Assembly: GCA_951406725.2 (NCBI GenBank) | Contig: OX597832.1 | Span: forward strand, 1,054,001 to 1,118,000 | Source: Octopus vulgaris | Lineage: Eukaryota | Direction of reading: 5' to 3' | DNA length: 64,000 nt | In this document: in pieces, positions 22,889 through 34,959 of the stretch | Numbering within the stretch: the stretch's first letter is position 1 | Layout of the letters: each line of letters opens with the position of its first letter | Notes under the pieces: generated by a model | What the model saw: only the letters and a program-made list of their open reading frames with translations | The model's database searches: none | Told to the model about the DNA's origin: nothing | Program-made: the position numbers and the translations under genes

Positions 22889-23107
22889 GCAGTGAGCTGG
22901 CAGAAACGTTAGCACGCCGGGCGAAATGCTTAGCGGTATTTCGTCTGTCGTTACGTTGTGAGTTCAAATTCTGCCGAGGTCGACTTTGCCTTTCATCCTT
23001 TCAGGGTCGATAAATTAAGTACTGGGGTCGATGTAATCGACTTAATACCTATGTCTGTCCTTGTTTGTCCCCTCTATGTTTAGCCCCTCGTAGGTAATAA
23101 AGAAATA
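22889..23107 (+). mobile_element. tRNA-derived SINE, full length, with 12-bp TSD
   Basis: Head GCAGTGAGCTGGCAGAA...GAGTTCAAATTC, core GTCGACTTTGCCTTTCATCCTTTCAGGGTCGATAAA, tail AATAAAGAAATA. TSD GGTATTATTTAG at 22877-22888 and 23108-23119. Confidence 0.9.
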
Positions 23108-26100
23108 GGTATTATTTAGTTTTAGGTTTAGGTTTAGGGTTAGGTTTAGTTTTAGGGTGAGGTTTGGGTTTAGTGTTAGGGTTTGGTTTAGAGTTAGGTT
23201 CAGGTTTAGTGTGTAGGTTATGGTGAGGTTTAGGGTTAAATTTAGAGTTAGTGTTAGGGTTTATATTTAGGGTTAAGGTCATTGTTATTATCAGGGTTAT
23301 GATTAGGTTTAGGGTGAGGATCAGGGCTAGGGACAGGGTGTAAGGTTTAGTGTTAGGGTTAGGTTTAGGATTAGGGTTAGGGTAAAGTTTAGGTTTAGTG
23401 TTAGGAGTAGGGTTAGGTTTAGGGTTAGTGTTAGTGTTAGGGTTGGCTTAGGGTTTAGGTTTAGGTAAAGGTTTAGTTTTAGGGTTATGGTTAAGGTGAG
23501 GGTTAGGGTTGGGGTTAGAGTTAGGGTTACTGTGAGGGTTAGGTTTAGGCTTATATTTAATGTTAGGGTTAAGGTTAGGACTAGCGTAAACATTAGTTTC
23601 AGGATTAAGGTTAGGGTTAGCATTATGGTTAGTGTTAGGGTAAGGGTTAGCATAAGGGTTAGTGCTAGTGTTAGGTTTAGGGCTACAGTTAAGGTTAGTG
23701 TTAGAGTTAGGTTGAGGGTTAGTTTTCATGTTAGGGTTAGATTTATGGTTATATTGATTGTGATGTTTAGATTTAGGCTATGGTTATGGTTACGGTTAGT
23801 GTTAGTGTTAGGGTAAGGGTTAGTGTCAGGGTTAGCGTTAGGTTTAGGTTTATGGTTAGGGTTTGTGTTAGTGTTACAGTCCGTGTCTGTGTAAGGATTA
23901 GGTTTAGGGTTAGGTTTAATTTTATGGTGATGGTTTTGGTTAGGGTTAGGTTTAGGTTTAGGGTTGAGGATTAGGTTGAAGGTCAAGTTTTGGGTTAGGT
24001 TGGGATTGGGTTTATGGTTAGTGTTAGGTTTTAAGGTCAGGGTTAGTTTTAGAGTTAGGTTTAGGGTTAGTGTTATGGTTTTGGTTAGGTTTAGCATTAG
24101 ATTAGGGTTAGGATTAGTTTTATAGTAGGTTTACTGTAAGGTTTAGGGATAGGTTTAGGGTTGGTATTAGCGTTAGGGGTAGTCTAAAGGTTAGGGTTAG
24201 AGTTAGATTAACTGTATGCGTTAGGTTTAGTGTTAGGGCTAGGTTTAGTGTTAGGGTTAGGGTTAGGCTTAGTTTTATGGTTAGGGTTAGTGTTAGGGCC
24301 AAGTTTAGGTTAGGTTCAGTTTTAAGGTTAGGTTTAAGGTTAGGTTTAGGGTTAGGGTTAGGTTTAGGGTTAGGGTTAGGTTTAGGGTTAGGGTTAGGGT
24401 TAGGTTTAGGGTAAGTGTTAGTGTTAGGTTTAGGGTTAGGGTGAAGGTTAGGTATAGAGTTAGTGTTGGGGTTAGTGCTAGTTTTTCGTTTAGTGTTAAG
24501 GTTAGGTTTAGGGTTAATGTTAGAGATAGTGTTAGGGTTATGGTTAGAGTTAGGGATAGGTATTGGGTTAGGTATTGGGTTAAGTTAGCATTAGGTTTAA
24601 GGTTAGGGTGGGGGTTAGTGTGAGTATAAGTTTTAGGCTTATGTTTAGGTTTTGCTGTAGGCTTTGCTTTCAAGTTAGGGTTTGGGGTTAGTTTTAGGGT
24701 TAGGTTTTGGGTTAGGGTAAGTGTAAGGGTTAGGGTTAGCATTAGTGTGTGGGTTATGTTTAGGATTAGGGTTAGGTTTAGGGATAGAATTTGTGATAAG
24801 GTTAGGGTTAGGGTTAGGTTTATGTTTAGGGTTTGGGTGAGAGTTATGGTGAGGGTTAGGTTTAGGGTTAGTGTTAGGATTATATTTAGGTTTAGGGTTA
24901 ATGTTTGGGTAAGGGTTAGCATTAGTGTTAGGTTTAGGGTTAGTGTTAGGATTATATTTAGGTTTAGGGTTAATGTTTGGGTAAGGGTTAGCATTAGTGT
25001 TAGGTTTAGGGTTAGTGTTAGGGTCAGTTTTAGTTTTAGGGTTAGTGTTAGTTTTAGTTTTAGTGTTAGGGTTAGGTTTAGTGTGAGGTTTAGGTTTAGG
25101 GTTATGGTTAGTTTCAGGTTTAGGGTGAGGGTTAGCATTAGGGGCTAGGGTTTACGGTTAGGGATAGGTTTGGATTAGGCTTAGGGTTATTTTGAGGGTT
25201 AGTTTGAGGATTAGGGTTAGGTTTAGTGTGAGGTTTAGGTTTAGGGTTATGATTAGTTTCAGGATTAGTGTTAGGGTTCGGGTTATGTTCAGGGTTAGGG
25301 TTAGTGTTAATGGGAGAGCTAGTGTTAAGGTTAGGTTTAGGGTTTGGGTTAGGGTTAAAGTTATCGTTAGATTTGGGTTTATGTTTAGTGTTAGTTTTCG
25401 TGTTATGGTTAGTGTAAGTGTTATGTTTTGGGTTAGGTTTAGGGTTAGGGGTAGGTGTAGTGTTAGGTTTAGGATTAGGGTTAACATTTTATTTAGTGTT
25501 AGGGTTAGTGTTTGAGTGAAGGTTAATGTTAGTGTTTGAGTGAAGGTTAATGTTAGGGTTAGGGTGTAGAGTTTTGGTTTAGCATTACGGTTAGATTTAG
25601 GTTTAGGGTTAATTTTAGGTTTAGTTTTAACTTAGGGTTAGTGTTATAATAGGGTTAGGGTTAATGTTAGTGTTAGTGTCAGAGTGAGGGTTAGGGTTAC
25701 TGGTAGGGTTACAGTTAGGGTTAGGCTTAGGTTTATGGTTAGTGTTGGGGTTTATGTTAGGATTAGTGTAAGCGTTAGTTTTATGGGTTATGATTAGGTT
25801 TTGTGTTAGGGTTAGTGTTAAGTTTAGGGTAAGGGTTAGGGTTAGTGCTAGAATTAGTTTTACAGTTAGTTTTTGTGTTCAGGTTAGGTTTAGGGTGAGA
25901 TTGAGGGTGAGGTTTATGGTTAGGTTTTGGGTTAGTGTTAGTGTTTCAGTTAGGTTTAGTGTAATGTTTAGAATTAGGGTTAGGATTAGGTTTAGTGTTA
26001 GTTTTAGGGTGGGGTGTAGAATTTGTGCCAGTGTTTGGGTTAGAGTTAGGTTTAATGTTAGGGTTAGGGCTAGGGTTAGGGTTACTGTTACAGTCAATGT

Positions 26101-29100
26101 TAGGTTTAGTGTTACTGTTATTGTTAGTTTTATTAGAATTAGCATTAGGGTTGGTGTTAGGTTTAGGGTTTTGTTTAGGTTTTCAGTTAGGGTTACAATC
26201 AGGTCTATGGTTAGGATTAGGATTAGTGTTCCTGTTATGGTTAGTGTTAGGTTTAGGGGTAAGGTGTGCATGAGGGTTGTCCTCAGGGTTAAGATAAGTG
26301 ATAGGGTTAGAATCAGGTTTCGTTTTAGGATCAGTGTCAAGTTTAGCGTTAAGATTATATTTTGGTTTAGGGTTAGGCATAGGTTTAGGGTTAGGGTTAG
26401 TGTTACAGCTATGGCTAGGGTTAAGTCTAGGGATAGGATTAGGATTAGTGTTAGTTTATTGTTAGGTTTAGGGTGAAGGTATGAGTTAGGTTTGACATTA
26501 GGGTTAGTGTTAGTGTCAGTGTTAGGCTTAGTGCTCGGGCTAAGTTTAAGATTATGGTTAGGATTAGGGTTAGGTTTAGTGTTAGAGTTAGGTTTTGGTT
26601 TGGTGTTACATTTAGTTTTTGAGTTTATGTTAGGGTTAGTGTTAGATTTACATGTTTTAGGTTTACATTTATAGTTAGCATTAGAGTTATGTGTAGGGTT
26701 AGGTTTGAGGTTAGTGTTCCTGTTACGGCTAGTGTTAGGTTTAGCGTTTTGTTTAGGGTGAAGGTATGGGTTATGTTTGACATTACAATTAGGGTAAGGG
26801 ATTGGGTTAGGAATAGGTTTTGGATTAGTGTCAGTGTTTGGGTTGGGGTTAGGGCTAGTTTTAGGTTTAGGTTTATGTTTAGTGTTAGGGTTGGGGTTAC
26901 TGTTAGGTTTAGTGATACTGTTAGTGCTAGGTTTAGTGTTAGGGTTAGTGTTAGGTTTAGGGTTTTGTTTTGGTTTGCAGTTAGAATTAGGGTTAGTGTC
27001 TCTGTTATGGTTAGTGTTAGATTTAGTGTTAGGTTTAGTGTTGACGTTAGGGTTAGGGTAAGCAATAGGGTTAGGTTTAGATTTTGTGTTAGGGTCAGTG
27101 TGTGGGTTAGGGTTAGGATTAGGGGTTAGGTTTAGGGTGAAGCCAAGGGTTAAGACTAGGGTTATTGTTCCTGTTACTCTTGGGTTTAATGTTAGGTTTA
27201 GGGTTCGGGTTAAGTCTAGGACTAGGACTTGGTTTCATATTATGTTTAGGTTTAGGGTTAGGTTTAAGGTTAGGGTTAGTTTAGGGTTAATTTTAGGGTT
27301 CGGTTTAAGGTTAGGGTTAGGTTTAGTGTTAGAGCTAGGGTAGGTTTAGGGTTAGTGTAAGGTTTAGGGTTAAGTTTATTGTTAGCTTTAGGCTTAGGAT
27401 TGTGATTAGAGTTAGAGTGAGGGTTAGGGTTAGGGCTAGGGTTAGGTTTAGGTTTAATGTTATGGTTAGGGTGAGGTTTAGTGTTACTGTTAGTGTAAGG
27501 TTTAATGTTAGAGTTAGTGTTATTGTTAGTGTTAAGGTTTTATTTAGGTTTGCGCTTAGGGTTAGGGTTATGTCTAGGGCTAGGGTTATATCTAGGGTTA
27601 GGATTAGGGTTAGTATTCCTGTTACGGTTAGTGTTAGGTTTAGTCTTCGGTTCAGGGTTAAGGTGTGCATTAGGGATGACACTAGGGCTAGGATTATGTT
27701 TAGGGTCAATGTTTGGGTTAGGGTTAGCATCACGGTTAGGGCTAGCTTTAGAGTTAGGGTTAGGGTTAAGGTTAGGATTGGGGTTAGTGTTTGGGTTTAG
27801 ATTAGGGTTAGGTTTAGGGTTAGATGGGTTAGGATTAGTTTTATGGTTACGTTTAGTGCCAGTTTTAGGGTTAGGGTTGGGGTGAGGGTCAAGTTTAAGG
27901 TTAGGGTTAGGTTTAGTGTTACTGTTAGCATAAGGTTTAGTGTTAGGGTTAGTACTGGGATTAGTGTTAGGTTTTGTTTAGGTTTGCCATTAGGGTTAGG
28001 TTTAGGGTTAAGTCTAGTGTTAGGATTAGGGTTAGTGTTTGTGTTAGTGTTATATTTATTGTTTGATTTTAGGTTTGACATTATGGTTATGATAAGGAAT
28101 AGGGTTAGTGTTAGTTTGGGGTTAGGTTAAGGGCTAGGTTTCGTGTTAGGGTAAGTGTCCAGTTTAGGTTTAGGGTTAGTGTTAGGTTTAGGGTTAGGGC
28201 TATGGCTAGGGTTTGGGCTTGGGTTAGGATTAGGATTAGGGTTAGTCTTCCTGTCACAGTTAGTGTTAGGTTTAGTGTTAGGTTTAGGGATAAGGTGTGG
28301 GTTAGTGTTGATGTTAGGTTTAGAGATGGGGTTAGAGTTAAGGTTAGGCTTAGGTTCAGGGCTTGGACTAGGGCTAGGTTTAGTGTTATGATTAGGGTTA
28401 GGTTTAGGGTTAAATTTAGGTTTAGTGTTAGAGTTAGGTTTAGGGTTAGGATTAGAGTTAGTTTTAGTGTTTGGTTGAGGGTTAGGGTTAGGTTTAATGT
28501 TATGGATAGGGTAGGTTTAGGTTTAGGTTTAAGGTTATGTTTAGTGTTAGTTTTAGGGTTAGGGTGAGGGTTAAGTTTAGGGTTAGGGTTAGGTTTAGTA
28601 TTACTGTAAGTGTAAGTTTTAGTGTTAGAGTTAGTGCTAGGTTTGTGTTAAGTTTAAGTTTTATTTAGGTTTGTGATTAGGGTTAGCGTTAAGTCTAGGT
28701 TTAGGATTAGGGTTATTGTTCCTGTTATTGTTAATTATGTTTAGGTATTAGGTTTAGTGTTATGTTTAGGGTTAAGGTGTGCATTAGGGTTGATGTTAGG
28801 CGTAGTATAAGGGATAGGTTAGTGTTAGGTTTTGGGTTAGGATCAGTGTTAGGGTTATGGTTAGGATAAGGTTTAGATTGAGGGTTAGAGTTACTCATAC
28901 AGTGAATGTTAGGTTTAGTGTTGCTGTTAGTGTTCAGTTTAGTGTTAGAGTTAAGTTTAGTGATTTGTGCAGGTTTGTGGTTAAGATTAGGGTTAGAGGT
29001 AAGTCTAGGGTTAGGATTAGGGCTAGCATTCCTGTTATGGTTAGTGTTAGGTATAGTGTATGCATTAGGCTTGACTTTAGTGTTAGGGTAACGAATAGGG

Positions 29101-32100
29101 TTAGTGTCAGGTTTCAGTTTAGTGTCAGTGTTAGGGTTATGGGTTGTGCTAGGGTTAGAGTTAATGTTAGGGTCGTGTTAAGTTAATGTTTTTTTTAGGT
29201 TTGTGGTTAGATTTAGGGTTAGGGTTATGGTTACAGTAAGGTTTAGGCTTATTGTTAGGATTAGGGTTAGTATTAGGTTTAATGTTACTGTTACGATTAG
29301 TGTTAGGTTTAGGGTTTTGTTTTAGTTAGTGTTAAGTGTAGAGTTAGGATTAGGGTTAGTGCTCCTGATATGGTTAGTATTAGGTTTAATGTTAGGTTTA
29401 GGATTAAGGTGTTTATTAGGGTTAGGGTAAGGTATAGGATTAGGGTTAGGTTTTATGTTAGGGTCAGTATTAGTTTTACGGTTATATGTAGGGTTAGGGT
29501 TATTGTCATGGTTAATGTTAGGGCTATGGTTGGTATTAGCATTAGAGTTAGTGTTAGGGTTAGTGTTAATGTTAGAGTTAAGTTTAAGGTTAGGGTTAGT
29601 TTTAGTGTTAAGTCTAGAGTTAGAATTAGGCTTAGTGTTCGTATTACGGTTAGTGTTAGGTTTAGCATTTGGTTTAGGGTTAAGGTGTGATTTAAGGTTA
29701 ACGTTATGTTTTGGTAAGGGTTAGGGTTAGGGTTAGAGCGTTATGTTTTGGTAAGGGTTAGGGTTAGGGTTAGGATTACAGTTAGGTTTAGGTTTAGTGT
29801 TAGTTTTAGGGTTTAGGTGTGGGTTAGGGTTGGCATTAGGTTTAGGGTAAGTAATTGGGTTAGAGTTAGGGTTAGGGTTAAGTTTTGAGTTAGGTTTAGG
29901 ATTAGGGTTAGGGTGAGGTTTAGTGTTAGTTTTAGGGTTAGGTTTAGAGTGAAGGTTAGTGTTAGCGTTAGGTTTAGTGTTATTGTTAGTGTAAGTTTTA
30001 CTGTTAGAGTTAGTGTTAGGATTAGTGTTAGGTTTAGGGTTTGGTTTAGGTTTGCAGTTATGGTTAGTGTTAGGGTTAAGGCTAGGGTTAGTGTTCCTGT
30101 TATATCTAGTGTTAGGTTTAAGGTTAAGAGTTAAGTCTATAGTTAGGATTAGGTTTAGTGTTCATGTTACAGTTAGTGTTAGGTTTAGTGTTTGGTTTAG
30201 GGTTAATGTGTGGGTTATGGTTGATGTTACAATGAGGGAAGGGGTAGGGTTAGGTTTCATGTTCGGGGTCAGTGTTAGGAAGAGGGTTAGTGTTGTGTTT
30301 AGTTTTAGGTTTAGGTTTAGGGTTACTGTTAGTGTTCGGTTTAGTGTTAGAGTTTGTGTTAGCTTTAGTGTCGGGTTTAGGTATTTGTTTATGTTTGTGG
30401 TTAGGGTTAGGGTTAGAGCTAGTGTTCCTGTTATGGTTAGTGTTAGGTTTAGTGTTAAGTTTAGGTTTAAGGCAAGCGTTAGGTTTGATATTAGGGTTTG
30501 GGGAAGTGATAAATTTAGTGTTACATTTTGGGTTAGAGTCAGTTTTAGGTTTAGCTTAAGAGTGAGGGTTAGGACTAGGGTTAGAGTTAGGTCTGGGTTT
30601 GGGTTTAGGTTTAGGGTTAGTTTTAGTGTTAGGGCTATGCCTAGGGTTACGTTTAAGTTTAGGGTTAGGTTTAGATTTAGTGTTAGGGTTAGAGTCAGTG
30701 TTAGGGTTAGTGTTTGGGTTAGGGTTAGTGTAAGGGTTAGGCTTATAAGTGTAAAGTGTAGGGTAAGAATCACAGTTAGTGTTCATATTACGGTTAGTGT
30801 TACAGTGAGTTTGGTTATATTTAGTGTTAAGTCGTGGGTAAGAATTGACGTTATGATTAGGGTAAGAGATTGGGTTAGTGTTAGGTTTTGGGTTAGGGTA
30901 AGTGTTCGGGTTAAGGTTAGGGTTAGGTCTAGGTTTAGGGTTAGGGTTTCTGTTACGGTTAATGTTAGCATTAGTGTTACTGTTAGGATTATTGTTAGAG
31001 TTAGTTTGAGGGTTAGTGTTTGGTTTACAGATTTGTTTAGGTTTGTGGTTAGGGTTAGGGTCAAGGTTAGAGTTAAGTCAAGGGTTTAAGATTAGGGCTA
31101 GATGGATCATGTTAGGTTCAGTGTTAGGTTTAGGGTTAAGGCGTGCGTTAGGTTTGACGTTAGGGTTAGGATAAGTGATAGGTTTAGTGTTAGTTTTTGG
31201 GTTAGGGTCAGTGTTTAGGGTTAGGGCTACGGTTAGTTATGGTTAGGTTTAGGGTTAGGTTTAGTGTTAGGGTTAGCCTTGGGTTAGGTTTAGGGTTAGT
31301 ATTTGTGTTAGGGTAATGGTAATGGTTAGGCTTATAGTTAGGGTTAGGTTTAGTTTTACAGTTAGGTTTAGGTTTAGTGTTACTGTTATTTTTAGGTTTA
31401 GTGTTAGAGTTAATGTTAGGGTTATGTTTTTAGGTTTGCAGTTATGGTTAGGGTTAGTGTTAAGTGTAGGTTTAGGATTAGGGTTAGTGTTTCTGGTATG
31501 GTTAGGGTTATGTTTAGTATTATGGTGTGGGTAAGGGTTGACGTTATGATTAGGGTAAGGGATTAGGTTAGGGTTAGGTTTTGGGTTAGGGTCAGTGTCA
31601 GTTTAGGGTTAAGATTAGGTTTAGGGTTAGGTTTAGGGTTTGGGTTACTGTTTTGGTTAATGTTATGTTTAGTGTTACTTTTAGAATTAGGTTTAGGGTT
31701 TTGTTTATTTAGGTTTACAGTTAGGATTAGATAAAGTGTTAGTGTTAGGTTTAGGGTTGAAGTTAGGGTTAGGATGAGGGATAGGGTCAGGGTTATGTTT
31801 TGTGTTAGGGTCAGTGTCAGGTTTAGGGTTAGGTTTAGTGTTAGGCTTAGGCTTAGGGTTATGGCTAGGGTTAGGGTTAAGTCTAGTGTTAGGATTAGGC
31901 TTAGTGTTCCTGTTGCGGTTAGTGTTAGGTTTAGGGTTAGGGTGTGGGTTGGGGTTGATGTTAGGGTTTGGGTAAGTAATAGTGTTAGAGTTAGGGTTAG
32001 GGCTAGGGAAGGACTGGGTTTAGTGTTACGATTAGGGTTAGGTTTAGAGTTAGGTCTAGTGTTAGGGATAGGTTTAGTGTTAGTGTTAGGTTTAGGTTTA

Positions 32101-32699
32101 ATTTTAGAGTTAGTGTTACTGTTAATGTAAGTTTTAGTGTTAGAGTTAGTGCTAGGATTAGTGTTAGGTTTAGGTTTTGTTTAGGTTTGCTGTTAGGGTT
32201 AGGGTTAAGTCTAGGTTTAGGATTAGGGTTAGTATTAGGATTTCTGTTAGGTTTATGTTTAAGATGTGTGTTAGGGTTGACGTTTGGGTTAGGATTGATG
32301 TTAGTGTTAGGGTCGGTGTTAGGGTTAGTGTTACAGTTAGGGCTAGTGTTAGAGTTAGGGTTAGTGTTAGGTTTAGGGCTTGGGTTAGTGTTAGTGTTAG
32401 GGTTAAGGTTAGTGTTAAGTTTAGGCTTAGTGTTACTGTTAGTGTAAGGTTTAGTGTTAGAGTTAGTGCTAGGATTAGTGTTAGGTTTCGGTTAGGGTCA
32501 GTGTGAGGGTTAGTGTTAGGGCTAGGGTTAGAGTTATGGTTAAATTTAGGGTTAGGTTTAGGGTTAGCATTTGTGTTAGGGTTAGGGTAACGGTTAGGCT
32601 TTTAAGGTTTAGTGTTAGAGTTAATGTTAGGTGCAGTGTTATGTTTGCAAGGATTTTTACTGCAGAAATGATAATGTATTTAATGCCAAAATAAACAGA

Positions 32700-32990
32700 A
32701 TTATGGAAATTTAATCTGTTTGGAACGTTCTCTTTGAAATAACATCAGAGGCTCTCAAATGTAAGTGTGAGGGTTGTTGCCCAGGTTTGTCAATGACTGC
32801 AGCTAAGGTAGCAGGTATTTTTGCCAAGTGTAAGGACTTTCATAACCATAAATGGGGAATAACCAAATGCTTTCCTATAATCAAACCTTAATGTCACAAG
32901 GTTTCTTTGATGTTTTCTTACTTCAGACAGTACAACTTTATTTATCAAAAGTTGTTTGGCACATACACACACTCCCTTCTTTCCATCTGC
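32700..32990 (-). mobile_element. RLE-type (R4/Dong-like) non-LTR RT fragment
   Basis: KQLLINKVVLSEVRKHQRNLVTLRFDYRKAF matches RT domains 2-3 of R4-like elements. Confidence 0.6.
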
Positions 32991-33132
32991 TTAGTCATCA
33001 GTTTGTCTGTCTGTATATGTCATTATTCAGTTTTATTTCAAGATTTCTTGCTGATAGAGAAAGAGCCTGTTTCTAACTTATATCCAAAGCTCCTTCACTG
33101 GAATTTCAACATCAACAGAGTAATTTTGTATG

Positions 33133-34863
33133 TCATCGTCATCATCGTTTAACGTCTGTTTTCCATGCTGGCATGGGTTGGATGGTTTGACTGAGGAGTG
33201 GCAAGCCAGTTGGCTGCACCAGGCTCCAGTCTGATTTGTCAAGGTCTCTACAGCTGGATGCTCTTCCTAATGCCAACCACTCTGAGAGTGTAGTGGGTAC
33301 TTTTTACATACCACCGGTATGGGAGCCAGTCAGGCAGCACTGGCATCAACCACGTTCAGATGGTGCTTTTTATGTGCCATGGGGGGGGGGGCACTGGTAG
33401 CCAGTCAGGTGACACTGGCATCGACCCATACTTGAATGGTGCTTATTATGTGCCACCAGCATAGGTGTCAGTCAGGCAGCACTGGCATTGGCCACAACTA
33501 CGATTTCCATTCTGATTTCGATTTCACTTAACTCAATAAGGTCTTCTCAAACACGGCATATCATCCGATGATTCAAGGGTACTTTTAAATGGACTGGCTA
33601 TGCGACACTCGTATCAGCCATGGCTGTGATCTCACTTTACTTGCCAGGTCATTGGCCACGATTCAATTTCACTTGACTCAACAGGTCTTTTCAAGCACAG
33701 CATATCACCTGACAATTCAAGGGTACTTTTGAATGGGTTGGTTATGTGTCACTGGTATCTGCCACAGCTTCTCAATCACAGCATATCTCCAAAGGTCTCA
33801 ATCTCTTGTCATTGCCTCTGTGACGCCCAATGTTCAAAGGTTTTGCTTCACCAACTCATCCCATGTCTTCCTGGGTCTCCCTCTTCCATGGGTTCCTTTC
33901 ATTGTTAGGGTGTGACACTTCTTCACACAGTTCTCCGCATCCATATGCAGCACATGACATACCAGTGCAGTTATCTCACTCGCACACTACATCTGATGCT
34001 TTTTATGTCCAGCATTTCTCTCAGGGCACTTACACTTTGTTGTGTAGGCACAGACATTACACATCCAGCGGATCATACAAGCTTTATTTCTTTCAAGCCT
34101 ATGCATGTCCTCAACAGTCATGGCCCATGTTTCACTGCTATGTAGCATGGATGTTTGCACACATGCATCATACAGTCTACCTTTCACTCTGAGCGAGAGG
34201 CCCTTTGTCACCAGCAGAGGTAAGAGCTTTCTGAATTTTGCCCAGGCTATTCTTATTCTAGTGGCAACGCTCTCAGAGTATCCACCCCAACTACAGACTT
34301 GGTCACCTAGGTAGCAGAGGCTATCGACTACTTCTATTTTTTTCCCCTGGCATGTGATGGAATCTGTTTTCTGTACATCTTTGGTATTTATTGACCCTGT
34401 GCATCTGCCACACACAAAAACTATCTTCCTGGTTAACCTTCCTTTGATATTGCTGTACATCTTACATGTCCATAGAATATAGAAAAGGCAATCTATGCCT
34501 TTTCTACAGATTGAGCAAGGCCATCTACCTGAAGGGGTTTGTAATTTGTCCACCTTCTAGGACTTCGGTTTTTGCTAGATTGACTCTATGGCTCTTTGAT
34601 TCTAGACCTTGCTTCCACTCTTGAAATTTCATCTCTAGTTCTGGTAGTGACTCAGCTATTAGAGCAAGGTCATCAGCATAGAGGAGCTCCCAAGGGCAGC
34701 CTGTCTTGAATTCCTCTATTATTGCATGGAGGACTATAATGAATAAGAGGACTGATCCTTGGTGAACCCCTACTTCTACCCAGAAATCTTCACTATACTC
34801 ATTGCCAACCCTCACCTTACTGGCAGTATCTCTGTACAGGGCTTGTACAGCTCTAAGCAACCA
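33133..34863 (-). mobile_element. RTE LINE, 5'-truncated and decayed (same family as 49742-53356)
   Basis: GVHQGS...CPWELLYADDL, PHD-like WPCSICRKG, long 3' UTR and a (GAT)n tail ending at 33133. Confidence 0.9.
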
Positions 34864-34959
34864 TGTATGTATATGTGCAGATTTGTATGTTTTGCTTTAT
34901 TTATGTATTCTCATGCATATAGCTGCATGCCCAGACATGCTCATATATACTTAAATGAC

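Larger units (their letters stand above)
15088..32645 (+). repeat. Degenerate interstitial telomere-like array (TTAGGG/TTAGGT/TTAGTG/TTTAGG variants), ~17 kb with interruptions
   Basis: Hexamer phase with the G-rich strand on + throughout. Interrupted at 15288-15625, 18062-18603, 21738-21848 and 22889-23107. Confidence 0.95.

Noticed and set aside
15919-32694. Dozens of VRVR/LGLG/LTLT/NPNP ORFs
   Set aside because: They are translations of TTAGGG-like hexamers with no coding signal.
32600-32700. True chromosome end or head-to-head telomere fusion point
   Set aside because: The repeats are highly degenerate, the sequence continues, and no inverted CCCTAA block follows.
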